In this document: positions 42,683-57,073 of the stretch, in pieces | Layout of the letters: every line of letters begins with the position of its first letter | How positions within the stretch are numbered: the first letter of the stretch is position 1 | Translations under genes and position numbers: made by a program | Assembly (NCBI GenBank): GCA_963833135.1 | Contig: CAWHWW010000019.1 | Location: 384,699-448,698, forward strand | Reading direction: 5' to 3' | Length of the DNA: 64,000 nt | Source of the DNA: an uncultured cyanobacterium | GTDB lineage: Bacteria; Acidobacteriota; Vicinamibacteria; Vicinamibacterales; UBA2999 | Notes under the pieces: generated by a model | Database searches by the model: none | Seen by the model: the letters and a program-made list of their open reading frames with translations, nothing else | What the model was told of the DNA's origin: nothing

Positions 42683-43127
42683 TACTTAACCGAGATAATC
42701 ACCGTCTTTTCGAACGCGTCGCCGATGCTTTCCGAGGTCACCGACTCGAGCTCGGCGACGGCGAGGTGCACGATGCGGCGCTCGTAGGGATTGAGCGGAC
42801 CAATCTCCTGCGCCAGGCCGCTGTCCTTGGCCTTGCCGCCGAGGAACAGCGCCATCTGCCGCAGCTCGTCGTCCTTGCCCTTGCGATAGCCCATGCAGTC
42901 GACGACCAGGCGCCGGCCCTTCCGACGCTTCGTGGCGGTAAATCGCCGCGACGATGTGCTGGAGCGCGGCAAGCGCTTCGCCCTGGCGGCGGATCAGGAC
43001 GTTGCCGTCCTCGCCGGTCAGGTTGATGCGGACGCCGTCCGGCATTTCTTCCGCGGACGGCCTCGAGGTCGAGGTCCATCGCGTCGACGATTTTCTGGAC
43101 AAACTCAGTGATGTCGGCTGTGGCCAT
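42682..43127 (-). CDS. jag: Jag/KhpB R3H-domain RNA-binding protein, two apparent frameshifts
   Basis: MATADITEFVQKIVDAMDLDLEAV (ATG at 43127); PDGVRINLTGEDGNVLIRRQGEALAALQHIV (ORF 42686..43102); R3H part LNPYERRIVHLAV (ORF 42682..42972). Confidence 0.8.
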
Positions 43128-43165
43128 AAGTAACGGTGCCTGATGTGCGTGGTGCCTAAGGGTGC

Positions 43166-44885
43166 CTATTTTGCAGCAGCACGCGCCGGAGCGCCAATCA
43201 GATAGTTGGTGAAGTACTGCTGGCCGATCGTGAACAGCGTGCTGACCAGCCAGTAAATCACGAGGCCGCTCGGGAACGACAGCGACATCACCGAGAACAT
43301 GATCGGCATGAACATCATGATGCGCTGCTGCGCCGGATCGGCCGTCGACGGCGTGATCTTGGTCTGCCAGAACTGCGCGGCGCCCATGACGAGCGGCAGG
43401 ACATAAAAGGGATCCGGCGCCGACAGGTTGTGGATCCAGCCGACGAAGTCCGCGCCGCGGATTTCGATCGACTGCGACAGCATGTTGTAGAACGCGAACA
43501 GGAACGGGAACGTCAGCAGCATCGGGATGCAGCCGCTGGCCGGGTTGACGCCCTTGGCCTTGTAGAGCGCCATCACCTCGGTGTTCATCTTCTGCCGCTC
43601 GGGGTCGGTGACCTTGTACTTCGCGTAGCGATCCTGGATCGCCTTCATCTGCGGCTGGATCTCCTGCATCTTGCGCATCGAGACCACGCTCTTGTGCCGC
43701 AGCGGGAAGAGCGCGAGGTTGATCAGCAGCGTGAGGACGATGATCGCCCAGCCCCAGTTGCCGATGAAGCCGTGCACCCACTTGAGCGCGCCGAGCAGCG
43801 GCACCGCCAGCCACGAGAAGATGCCGAAGTTGATGACGCGCGTCAGCTTCGGGATCGATCGCCCGCAGCGTCGTCGAACTCCTTCGGTCCGAAGAAGAAT
43901 CGCGACTGGTCCTGCGGCGACTGGAAGCGCACCGAGTAATCGACGTAGCGGCCGGTGATATTGGGATCGTCGGGTTGCGGCACGATCGTCGGGGCGTAGT
44001 CCACGCGCACCGGCTGCGTGTTCTGCTCGTTCAGCAGCATCGAGACGAAGTAGTGATCGTCAACGCCGGCGTAGCGGAACAGGCCTTCCCGCACGCCCGA
44101 TTCGGTGGCGCGATGCGCTCGACGTCGCCGTCCTTGTGGACGATCGGCTGTGCCGGCGTGTTGTAGCTCGGCGAGAAGAACGACGCCGGCGCGCGCGCGC
44201 GATGTCGTCGCCAAGGCCCGGTCCCCAGTGGATGACGGGATTCAGCCGCTGCCCGCCCATCTGCACGTCGGCGCCGAAACACGATCACGTAGCTCGTCGG
44301 CTCGAGCGTGAACGTCTTCTTGACGCTGAAGCCGTCGGCGGACGCCGGCCTCGAACACGATCGTCTGCGGCGATGCGGTCGCGTCGACCATCTCACCGGC
44401 CGGCGGCGCCGTTGACGGTGACGCGATAGACGGCATCGTTGAGACGCGCGCTCGATCGCCTGATCGTCGACCGTCAGCGCGAAGGGCTTGATCGCGTCCG
44501 CGCCCGCGCCGCCGGGCACCAGATCGAGCGGCTGCCCGGCATCGGTGCGGTACTCCTTCAGGATCCAGTGAACGATCGTCGCCGCCACGATTCGAGAAGA
44601 CGGCCTTGACCTTGGTCGTCTCGACAATGATCTCGCGCGCGTTCGACTTCGCTCACCGTCGCAGCGATCGCGGGTGACGCAGGTGCGGCGGGTGCAACGG
44701 GTGCGGCGGGTGGACCAGATGCGGGCGCGGCGGGTGAGCCTGTCGGGCTCGTCGCGCTTGCATTCTGATTCGGCGTTCGCGGCCGGCGCGCTGGGCACGG
44801 GCGCGGGCGGCGGCATCACGAATCGCTGAAACAGAAACAGCACCAGAAATGACAGCGTGATGGCGAGGAGAACTCGGCGTTCCAT
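43166..44885 (-). CDS. yidC: membrane protein insertase YidC, multiple apparent frameshifts in the periplasmic domain
   Basis: The C-terminal core is intact in ORF 43166..43804 (WGWAIIVLTLLINLALFPL to the end). The N-terminal MERRVLLAITLSFLVLFLFQ (ATG at 44885) and periplasmic fragments are spread over three frames (ORFs 43843..44214 and 44031..45101). Confidence 0.85.
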
Positions 44886-45147
44886 CTGATGATTTACTTG
44901 ATAGGATCGACCTGGTGTCGAGTGACCGGTGACGGGACCGGGATCGAAGCCGTGACCGCCGAACGGATGACAACGGCACAGACGCTTCGTGCCGATCCAT
45001 CCGCCGCGGAGCACTCCGAAGCGCGCGATCGATTCGCTCATGTAGTCGGCGCAGCCGGGCGTGTAGCGGCAGCTGCCGGCAAAGAGCGGCGAGAACGTCA
45101 TCTTGTAAGCCCGACAAACAGCAACGCAGCCTTGCGAGTGGACTCAT
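44886..45147 (-). CDS. yidD: membrane protein insertion efficiency factor YidD; boundaries uncertain
   Basis: FSPLFAGSCRYTPGCADYMSESIARFGVLRGGWIGTKRLCRCHPFGGHGFDP. There is no in-frame stop before the yidC ATG. The likely ATG at 45147 is in a different frame. Confidence 0.6.
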
Positions 45148-45149
45148 TG

Positions 45150-45510
45150 CGGGCTTACCCTGAGCGAGTTCGTGTCCTGCGCAGCAGGACGCGAACGAGT
45201 CGAAGGGTTGCGCGAGCAGCGATCGGAATTCCGCCTCGATGCGATCGTAGGCCGCGTCCAGCATCTCGCGGCGCGGCACGACGACGACGTCGACCGCGGC
45301 GGCGGGTTTGTTGTGACGAAACAGCTCGCGAACGAGACGCTTGGCGCGATTTCTCTCGACGGCGGCGCCCATTTTTCGAGTGGCTGCTATACCCAGACGG
45401 GCCGGTCCCGCCTCGCGTTCCCTCGTGAACATGGTCATGAGGCGTCCGGAGCGCTTGAAACCTGTCTTGTAGATGAGTTCGAAGTCGGCCCGCTTCCGAA
45501 CGTGCTCGGC
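45150..45510 (-). CDS. rnpA: ribonuclease P protein component; start and stop unresolved
   Basis: The frame of ORF 44653..45438, extended upstream, reads HVRKRADFELIYKTGFKRSGRLMTMFT to RLGIAATRKMGAAVERNRAKRLVRELFR. No canonical start codon is found and no in-frame stop lies near the expected end. Confidence 0.6.
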
Positions 45511-45526
45511 GGCAGGAACGCTGGCT

Positions 45527-45593
45527 CTGGGGCTTGGGACTTGGGACTTGGAGCTTGCGCTCAGTCCAAGCCCAGGACCCAGGACCCAGGACC
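45527..45593. repeat. GGGACTTGG/CCAGGACC hairpin
   Basis: ctggggcttgggacttgggacttggagc pairs with gctcagtccaagcccaggacccaggacccagg. Lies between rpmH and rnpA. Confidence 0.85.
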
Positions 45594-45594
45594 T

Positions 45595-45759
45595 TTACTT
45601 CTCGTCTGAAACGGTCAGGCGCTTGCGGCCCTTGGCGCGGCGGCGCTTCAACACCTGCCGGCCGTCCTTGGTCGCCATGCGGACCAGGAAGCCGTGACGC
45701 TTGGCGCGGCGGCTGGTATTCGGTTGAAACGTTCGCTTGCCCTTCTTGGATCTGGCCAT
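45595..45759 (-). CDS. rpmH: 50S ribosomal protein L34
   Basis: Not in the ORF track (54 aa). [54 protein letters not shown], with GGAGGAG 5 nt upstream. Confidence 0.95.
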   Translation of the reverse strand: MARSKKGKRTFQPNTSRRAKRHGFLVRMATKDGRQVLKRRRAKGRKRLTVSDEK

Positions 45760-45877
45760 TTTTCTCCTCCGCCTTCGCGGCGAAGCCGCTCCGGCGAGAC
45801 CTCGCCGTAGCGTGGCGCGGTTGCAAGACCCGCGCGGAGGCGGGTCGGTCGAACCTAACGATTATAGTCGGTATTCG

Positions 45878-45948
45878 CAATCCGGGAACCGGGAACCGGC
45901 ATGCTAAAGTGACCCCTTCCCCAGGTTCCAGGTTCCCGGCTCCCGGAT
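45878..45948. repeat. GGGAACC/GGTTCCC hairpin
   Basis: aatccgggaaccgggaaccgg pairs with ccaggttccaggttcccggctcccggatt. Confidence 0.85.
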
Positions 45949-45956
45949 TTAGGGAG

Positions 45957-45988
45957 TTTTCCACACCTGTGGAAAACATTGTGGAAAA
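45957..45988. promoter_or_regulatory. cluster of three DnaA-box-like 9-mers (TTTTCCACA)
   Basis: TTTTCCACA at 45957..45965 (forward). TGTGGAAAA at 45968..45976 and 45980..45988 (reverse). Each matches 8 of 9 positions of TTATCCACA. About 50 bp upstream of dnaA. Confidence 0.7.
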
Positions 45989-46038
45989 GCCAGCGGTTCC
46001 ATTGCTATAAGTCCTTATTTATCATTAAGTTTACACAG

Positions 46039-47411
46039 ATGTCCAAGCGTGACCAGTTTGGGACCAGGTCCTCAGCCGCATCGAAGATCAGGTCGGAAAG
46101 CACAGCTTTTCGACGTGGTTCAAGCCGACTGCCCTGCTGAGGGATGGCGGGGAGAGCCTGTCGATTCGCGTCCCGAACCCTTTGTTCGTCGAATGGCTGC
46201 CCAAGCACTACTCGGTCGTGCTCGCCGAGGCACTGCGCGACGTCGGCCGGCCGGACGTGAAACTGGTGTTCGTGCCGGACGGCGCCGGGGTTCCTGAAGA
46301 GCCGCGCCCGCCCACGGTCCTCAAGAGGACCAGCCCGGAATTCGAGAACGTCGTCGAAGCGCCGCCCTCACAAGACGACGCGGCACCACAGCGCGCCGGG
46401 AGCCTGATTCCACGCTACACCTTCGACACCTTCATCGTCGGACCGTCGAATCAATTTGCGCACGCCGCCTGCCGCGCGGTTGCCGAAACGCCGTCGCGTT
46501 CGTACAACCCGCTCTTCATTCACGGCGGCGTCGGTCTCGGCAAGACGCACTTGATGCATGCGATCGGCCACTACGTGGTGCAGCATCATCCGGGACTCGT
46601 GCTCACCTACATCTCGTCCGAGCGTTTCATGAACGAGATGATCAACGCCGTGCGCTTCGATCGCATCCTCGATTTCCGATCGCGCTATCGCAGCGTCGAC
46701 GTGCTGCTGGTCGACGACATCCAGTTCGTGTCGGGCAAGGAAGGCACGCAGAACGAGTTCTTCCACACCTTCAACGCGCTGCACGACGCGCAGAAGCAGA
46801 TCGTCATCAGCAGCGACCGTCCTCCCCATGAAATTCCCGCTCTCGAAGAGCGGCTGCGCTCGAGATTCGAGTGGGGATTGATCGCCGACATCCAGGTCCC
46901 GGACGTCGAGACGAAGGCGGCGATTCTCAAGCGGAAAGCGGAGGAAGAAGGCGTGCCGCTCGCCAACGACGTGGCGATGTTCATGGCCAGCCGCATCAAG
47001 TCGAACGTGCGCGAGCTCGAAGGATCGCTGATCCGGCTGATCGCGTATTCATCGCTGACGACGAAGCCGCTGACGATCGATCTGGCGCAGGAAGTGTTGC
47101 GGAACGTGATCGATCACGACGAGAAGGCGGTCACGATCGAACAGATTCAGAAGTACGTCGCCGACTACTACCACCTCAAGCTGCACGAGTTGAAGTCGCG
47201 CAACAACTCGAAGTCGGTGGCGATGCCGCGCCAGGTCGCGATGTATCTGTGCAAGTCGCTGACGCACGCCTCACTGCCCGAGATTGGCCGCAGTTTTGGC
47301 GGCAAGCATCACTCGACGGTGATTCACTCGATCAAGAAAGTCGAAGAAATGCGCAAGAAGAATGGCGATTTCGACAAGCAGGTCGCCAATCTGATCGAGT
47401 CGGTGAAGTAG
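46039..47411 (+). CDS. dnaA: chromosomal replication initiator DnaA, one apparent frameshift in a T-run at 46057..46059
   Basis: ORF 46182..47411 has the AAA+ domain (GGVGLGKTHL) and domain IV. Its frame extends upstream as WDQVLSRIEDQVGKHSFSTWFKP. The ATG at 46039 (MSKRDQF) joins that frame if TTT is really TTTT. Confidence 0.9.
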
Positions 47412-47640
47412 CTTCGCAGGTTTTCCACAGCCCTTTTGTGCATGGATTGCGGGCTGCTGATGGGGCGAAAGACCCCATTCTGACCGTCCGTCCAACAACA
47501 GTCGATTCACAGAAAAATGCACAGGTTAAATTATTGATATAAAGGACTTATTCCTGCTGGAAATTTCGTAAACAGGACCTATTTCCTGTATACTTTTATA
47601 TCTTCGCCTTTCACTCAATTCTCAGAGGTTAAGCAGGGCT
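47412..47640. other. dnaA-dnaN intergenic region: candidate oriC part (DnaA box plus AT-rich stretch)
   Basis: TTTTCCACA at 47421..47429. A markedly AT-rich tract at about 47525..47610 (aaattattgatataaagg, tatacttttatatc) sits in an otherwise GC-rich window. Confidence 0.55.
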
Positions 47641-51320
<3,680 letters not shown>

Positions 51321-51321
<1 letters not shown>

Positions 51322-51351
51322 CAGGGATCAGGGACCAGGGATCAGCGATCA
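51321..51351. repeat. GGGATCA heptamer array
   Basis: gcagggatcagggaccagggatcagcgatca, between gyrB and gyrA. Confidence 0.8.
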
Positions 51352-53894
51352 GTGGAAATCAATCGGACTCCCGTAAACATCGAAGACGAGATGAAGCGCT
51401 CGTACCTGGATTACGCGATGAGCGTGATCATCGGGCGGGCGCTGCCGGACGTCCGCGACGGCCTGAAGCCCGCGCACCGCCGCGTGCTCTACGCGATGAG
51501 CCAGATGGGCCTCGCCTCGAACCGCGCCTATCGCAAGTGCGCAAAGGTGATCGGCGAAGTCATCGGCAACTACCATCCGCACGGCGATCAACCGGCCTAC
51601 GACACGCTGGTCCGCCTGGCGCAGGACTTCAACATGCGCAAGACCCTGGTCGACGGCCAGGGCAACTTCGGCTCGGTGGACGGCGATCCGCCGGCCGCGT
51701 ATCGCTACACGGAAGCCAGGCTCGAGGCGCTCGCCGAAAGCCTGATGGAGGATCTCGACAAGAACACCGTCGATTTCGTCCCGAACTTCGACGAGACGAC
51801 GACGGAGCCGACGGTGTTCCCGGCGACGTATCCGAACCTGCTGGTCAACGGCTCGACGGGCATTGCCGTCGGCATGGCCACGAACATCCCGCCGCACAAC
51901 CTCGGCGAGGTGATCGACGGCGTGATCTGGATCATCGAGAACACGCTGTGTCGGGCTCGACGCGGTCCACATACTCGCGAGAGCAGAAGCTCAAGGAACT
52001 GATCCGGCTGATCCCGGGCCCCGACTTCCCCACCGGCGGCATGATCGTCGGCAAGCGCGGCATCCACGAGGCCTACCTGACCGGCCGCGGCTCGATCCAG
52101 GTGCGCGCCCGCACCGAGATCGAAACGACGAAGAAAGGCGATCGCCAGCAGATCGTCGTCACCGAGATCCCGTATCAGCTGAACAAGACGCGGCTGCTCG
52201 AGCGCATCGCCGAGCTCGTCCGCGAGAAGACGATCGAGGGCATTTCCGATCTTCGCGACGAATCGGATCGCGACGGCATGCGCATCGTCATCGAGCTGAA
52301 GCGCGGCGAAGTCGGCGAAGTGGTCCTGAACAACCTGTTCAAGCAGACGCAGCTGCAGCAGTCGTTCGGCATCATCACGCTGGCGATTGTCGCCGGCCGG
52401 CCGAAGGTGCTCAGCCTGCTCGAAGTGGTCGAGCACTTCATCGACTTCCGGCGCGACGTGGTTCGCCGGCGCATCGAGTTCGAGCTGCGCAAGGCCGAAG
52501 CGCGCGCACACATCCTCGAAGGCCTGAAGATCGCGCTGGATCACCTCGATGCGGTCATCAAGCTGATCCGCGGCTCGAAGAATCCCGCTGAAGCCAAGAC
52601 CGGGTTGATCGCGCAGTTCGGGCTGTCGGAGATCCAGTCGCAGGCGATCCTGGACATGCAGCTGCAGCGCCTCACCGGCCTGGAGCGCGACAAGATCCTG
52701 AGCGAGCTGGCGACGCTGCAGGAGCTCGATCGCGAAGCTGAAGAACATCCTCGCCAACCAGCCGCTGCTGCTGAAGATCATTCTCGACGAGCTGCGCGCC
52801 GTGAAGGCGAAGTTCGCGGATCCGCGGCGCACGGAGCTGATCGACGAAGAAGGCGAGCTCAGCATCGAGGACCTGATCACCGAGGAAGACGTCGCGGTGT
52901 CGGTGACCGATACCGGCTACATCAAGCGCACGCCGATCACCACGTATCGCACGCAGAACCGCGGCGGCAAGGGCCGCATCGGCATGCGCACGCGCGAAGA
53001 GGACGTCGTCAACCACCTGTTCGTGGCCTCGACGCACTCGTACATGATGATCTTCTCGGATCGCGGCCGCGCCTATTGGCTGAAGGTCCACGAGATTCCG
53101 GACGTCGGCGCCGACGGCAAGGGCAAGTCGATCGCGAACCTGGTGCAGATGGAATCCGGCGAGAAGCTCGCCGCGATGCTCGCCGTCCAGGAGTTCGACG
53201 ACAGCGCTTCGTCGTCATGGGCACGCGCAAGGGCACGATCAAGAAGACCGAGCTCTCGGCATTCGCCAACCCGCGCGCCGGCGGCATCATCGCCATGGGC
53301 ATCGAGGAAGGCGACGCGGTCATCGACGTGCAGCTGTCCGACGGCCAGAGCGAGATCTTCATCGGCACCAAGGACGGCAAGGCGATCCGCTTCGTCGAAG
53401 GCGACGTCCGCGCGATGGGCCGCACCGCCTACGGCGTGCGCGGCATCCAGCTGCGCGAGAACGACGAGGTCGTGGCGATGCAGGTCGCCAAGCCCGGCGG
53501 CACGCTGCTGACGGTGACCGAGAAGGGCTACGCGAAGAACACGCTGATCGACGAATACCGCGTCACCGGCCGCGGCGGCCTTGGCGTGAAGAACGTCGAA
53601 GTCACGGACAAGAACGGCGCGGTCGTGGCCATCGCCCAGATCCACGCCAACGAAGAGTTGCTTGTCATGACCGAGCAGGGCAAGATCCTGCGCACGCCGG
53701 CGAACGAGATCCGCACCATCGGCCGCGCCACGCAGGGCGTGAGGCTGATGGATCTCGAAGGCGAGGACAAGATCGTGTCGGTCGCGCTCGTCGAAGCGGC
53801 AACTGCGGAAGAGGCGTACGGCCGAACGGCGACGCGCCGCCGCCGGCTGAACCGCCACCGCCTACAGGAGACGATTCGGCCGAGGAATGCATGA
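51352..53894 (+). CDS. gyrA: DNA gyrase subunit A, three apparent frameshifts (about 51945-51985, 52725, 53205)
   Basis: ORF 51352..52002 ([20 protein letters not shown], the YRYTEARL active-site Tyr region). Then the frame of 51537..53894, then ORF 52801..53511, then back to the previous frame for the C-terminal beta-pinwheel. Confidence 0.9.
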
Positions 53895-54592
53895 GGAAAG
53901 CGCGCTGCTGCTCTCTTACTCGTTCCGTCAACCCTGCTCGTCATCAGCTGTTCGCGTCCGCCGGAGCAGCAGTTCCTGACGCAGTTCTTCCGGGCCGCCC
54001 AAGGCCGCGACAACACGACCGTCGGCCGCATGTCGGCGGTGTCGATCGATCCGCGCGAGCAGGGCACGGTCGAGGACTTCTCGATCGAGAACATCAGCGC
54101 CGAGACGCGCACGCCGCTGACGTTCAAGCCGCTGTTCGAAGCCGAGGCAGAAGGCGAAGAAGGAAGAGCGGGCGTTCCTCAAGACGAAGATCGAGTATCA
54201 GACGGCCAACATCAAGGCGATCGAGGAAGTCCTGAAGCTCGAAGCAGACAACCCGACGCCGAAGTTCACCCCGGCGCAGCAGAAGACCAAGGACGAGTGG
54301 GACAAGTGGCGCGAGGGCATCGCCTCCCACGCGCAGGGCCACGGCCGGCGCCACCGCCGCAATCAAACGCGCGACCGGTGTCGCCGAAGCGTCGCTGACG
54401 CAGCCCGGCCAGCCCGCGCTCGATCCAAAGTCGTTCGAAGGCGAGACGATCAAGAAGGACGTGACGGTGAAGGCGAGCTTCAGGTCGCCGGAAGGTCAGA
54501 CGTCGGAGAAGACGCTCGTGATTACGATCGAGCGCGTCGCCGGCGGCGGCCGCGAAGGCCGGCCGATTATTACGAAGATCACGGGACTCTGA
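53891..54592 (+). CDS. hypothetical lipoprotein, at least three apparent frameshifts
   Basis: ATG at 53891 overlaps the gyrA stop (ATGA). Reconstructed MRK-RAAALLLVPSTLLVISC lipobox, then pieces in three frames (includes ORF 54030..54398), ending ITKITGL at 54592. Confidence 0.45.
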
Positions 54593-54594
54593 GG

Positions 54595-54700
54595 TCCTGC
54601 GGGCTTGCGGTCGACGGGCTTGCGGGATGTGCTTGTACCGGCAGCTCGTAGCCCGTAGCCCGTAGCCTCGTAAGCCCGTAGCCCGTAAGCCCGTTAAGCC
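54595..54700. repeat. GCCCGTA-family hairpin between convergent genes
   Basis: ctgcgggcttgcggtcgacgggcttgcggg pairs with ctcgtagcccgtagcccgtagcctcgtaagcccgtagcccgtaagcccgttaagccc. Confidence 0.9.
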
Positions 54701-57009
54701 CTCTGTAGCTTCGCGTACTTCGCTCTGAGCGTTTTTGTCCCCACAGACGCAAAGCGCACAACCAGCTTCTGATCGTCCTCGAGATCTTCGACGCTCACCA
54801 CGGTTCCGGGCCCGAACTGGGCGTGCGACACACGCGCCCCTGGCCGTAGTCCAGGCGTCTGGTCTTCTTCCTCGTAACGGAAATTCTGCGTCGCCACCTT
54901 GGCATCAGGATCCTCGCGGTGGTATCCGCCTTTAGGCGGGTATCTCCGCGCGTATGGATTCGGGCGGTAGCTCCAATCGGTGCCACCTCCGCTAAAGCTA
55001 CGGTGGCCAGGGCCACTGTTGTAGCGCGACGCCGACTCGGAACGATCCTCTTCGATCAGATCCGCGGGAATCTCCTCGATGAAGCGCGACGCCTCCGTGT
55101 TCTGGTACTCGCCGAAGACGCGGCGTCTCGCCGCGCTGGTCAGGACGAGTTGCTTGCGCGCGCGGGTGATGCCGACGTAACAGAGACGGCGCTCCTCCTC
55201 GAGCTCGGCTTCGTCATCTCGCGACCGCGAATGCGGGAACAGGCCTTCTTCGAGTCCCGCGAGGATCACCGTCGGGAACTCCAGGCCCTTGGCCGAATGC
55301 AAGGTCATCATCATGACCTTTGGGTCCTGCTTGCCCTGCTCCTTGTCAACGTCCGAGAGCAGCGACAGGCGATCGACGAATCCGCCAAGCGACGGCTCCG
55401 CTTCACGAGATTCGTATTCGTTGGCCGCGGAGACGAGCTCCATCAGGTTTTCGATGCGGGCTTCGGATTCTTCACTCTTGTCCTCACGGAGGTCACGGAG
55501 GTAGCCGGACTGGTCAAGAACCTTTCCGAGGAGCACGGAGACGGATTCACGACGCGCAACGTCGGCGAGGGTCGTAATCAGGTCGCGGAAGGCGGCGAGC
55601 GACGCGACCTGCCGCGGCGACAACATTCTCCCGTCGACGGCGGCCACGAGCTTGGTCCAGAGGGAATTCTGCGCGACCGTGGCCGCCAGGCCGGCCAGGA
55701 GAGGCGGCAGGTTCATGTCGACCTGCGACACGTCAACGGCCTCGAGCGCGTCCATCACACCCTTGCCGATACCGCGCGCCGGCACGTTGATGACGCGCCT
55801 CAACGCGATGTCGTCGTGCGGGTTGAGGATCAATTTCAGGTACGACAGCGCGTCCTTGATCTCCCTGCGCTCGTAGAATCCGACACCGCCGAGGACGACG
55901 TAGGCAATGCCGGCAGCCCGCAGCGAATCCTCCACCGCGCGCGACTGCGCATTCGTGCGATAGAGGACGGCCGTGACCGCCTTGTAGTCGTCCTCGAGCG
56001 CTTTCCGGACGATGCGCGTGATGTATTCGGCTTCTTCGAGCTCGTCGGATCCGCGGAACAGCCGGATCTTGGCGCCGCCCTTGAGGTCCGTCCACAGCGC
56101 CTTCTTCTTCCGGTTCTTGTTGTTGGCGATGACCGCCGATGCGGCGTCGAGGATCACCTCGGTCGATCGGTAGTTCTGCTCGAGCCGGACGATCTGCGCG
56201 TCGGAGAAATCCGTCTCGAAGTCCATGATGTTGCGCAGGTCGGCGCCGCGCCACTTGTAGATCGACTGATCGGGATCGCCGACGACGGCGAGGTTGCGAT
56301 GCTTGCCGGCGATCTGCTTGACCAGCAGGTATTGCGGGCGGTTGGTGTCCTGGTATTCGTCCACCATCACGTAGTGGAACTTGTGCGCGTAACGCTCGCG
56401 AACCGCGGGGTTCTGATCGAAGAGCTCGACGGTGGCGAGGAGCAGATCGTCGAAATCAAGCGCGCTCGCGTTCTTCAGGGCCTTGATGTAGCCCTCGAAC
56501 AGCTTGCCGATTTCGCGATCCTTCGGATTCCAGGTGTTGGCGAAGGTATCCGGGCCCTCCATGCGGTTCTTCGCGTGGCTGATGCGGCCGAGCACCATCC
56601 GCGGCTGGTAGGACTCGGCGTCGAGGTGATAGTCCTTGAGCAACTGCTTGATGACCGCCTGCTGATCGGCAGAGTCGTAGATCGTGAAGTCGCGGCTCAG
56701 CCCGATGTTGTGCGCCTCGCGCCGCAGCAGGCGCGCGCACAGCGCGTGGAAAGTGGACACCCACATCGCGCGGCAATCCGTCTCGAGCAGCCGCTCGACG
56801 CGCTCGCGCATTTCCTGGGCGGCCTTGTTGGTGAAGGTGACCGCCATGATCTGATCGGGATACGCGATCTTCTCGGAGACGAGATACGCGATGCGATGCG
56901 CGATGACGCGCGTCTTGCCCGAGCCCGCGCCAGCGAGAATCAACAGCGGGCCGTCGGTTTGACGCACAGCCTCCTGCTGCGCCGGGTTCAGGGAGGAAAG
57001 GAGATCCAT
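54694..57009 (-). CDS. pcrA: ATP-dependent DNA helicase, UvrD/PcrA family
   Basis: 771 aa. Walker A AGAGSGKT, motifs MVDEYQDTN, TLHSAKGLEF and VGITRAR. Confidence 0.9.
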   Translation of the reverse strand: MDLLSSLNPAQQEAVRQTDGPLLILAGAGSGKTRVIAHRIAYLVSEKIAYPDQIMAVTFTNKAAQEMRERVERLLETDCRAMWVSTFHALCARLLRREAHNIGLSRDFTIYDSADQQAVIKQLLKDYHLDAESYQPRMVLGRISHAKNRMEGPDTFANTWNPKDREIGKLFEGYIKALKNASALDFDDLLLATVELFDQNPAVRERYAHKFHYVMVDEYQDTNRPQYLLVKQIAGKHRNLAVVGDPDQSIYKWRGADLRNIMDFETDFSDAQIVRLEQNYRSTEVILDAASAVIANNKNRKKKALWTDLKGGAKIRLFRGSDELEEAEYITRIVRKALEDDYKAVTAVLYRTNAQSRAVEDSLRAAGIAYVVLGGVGFYERREIKDALSYLKLILNPHDDIALRRVINVPARGIGKGVMDALEAVDVSQVDMNLPPLLAGLAATVAQNSLWTKLVAAVDGRMLSPRQVASLAAFRDLITTLADVARRESVSVLLGKVLDQSGYLRDLREDKSEESEARIENLMELVSAANEYESREAEPSLGGFVDRLSLLSDVDKEQGKQDPKVMMMTLHSAKGLEFPTVILAGLEEGLFPHSRSRDDEAELEEERRLCYVGITRARKQLVLTSAARRRVFGEYQNTEASRFIEEIPADLIEEDRSESASRYNSGPGHRSFSGGGTDWSYRPNPYARRYPPKGGYHREDPDAKVATQNFRYEEEDQTPGLRPGARVSHAQFGPGTVVSVEDLEDDQKLVVRFASVGTKTLRAKYAKLQRA

Positions 57010-57012
57010 GAA

Positions 57013-57073
57013 GTAGCCAGTAGCCAGAGCCAGTAGCCAGAGAACTCTTGTCTGGCTACCGGCTACTGACTAC
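57013..57073. repeat. GTAGCCA-family hairpin
   Basis: gtagccagtagccagagccagtagccag, loop agaactcttgt, then ctggctaccggctactgactac. Confidence 0.9.

Noticed and set aside
45155-45979. A 274-aa minus-strand ORF spanning the rnpA, rpmH and upstream regions.
   Set aside because: It runs out of frame through rpmH and two repeat hairpins. The translation is Arg/Pro/Gly-rich with no motif. The real genes here are rpmH (45595..45759) and rnpA.
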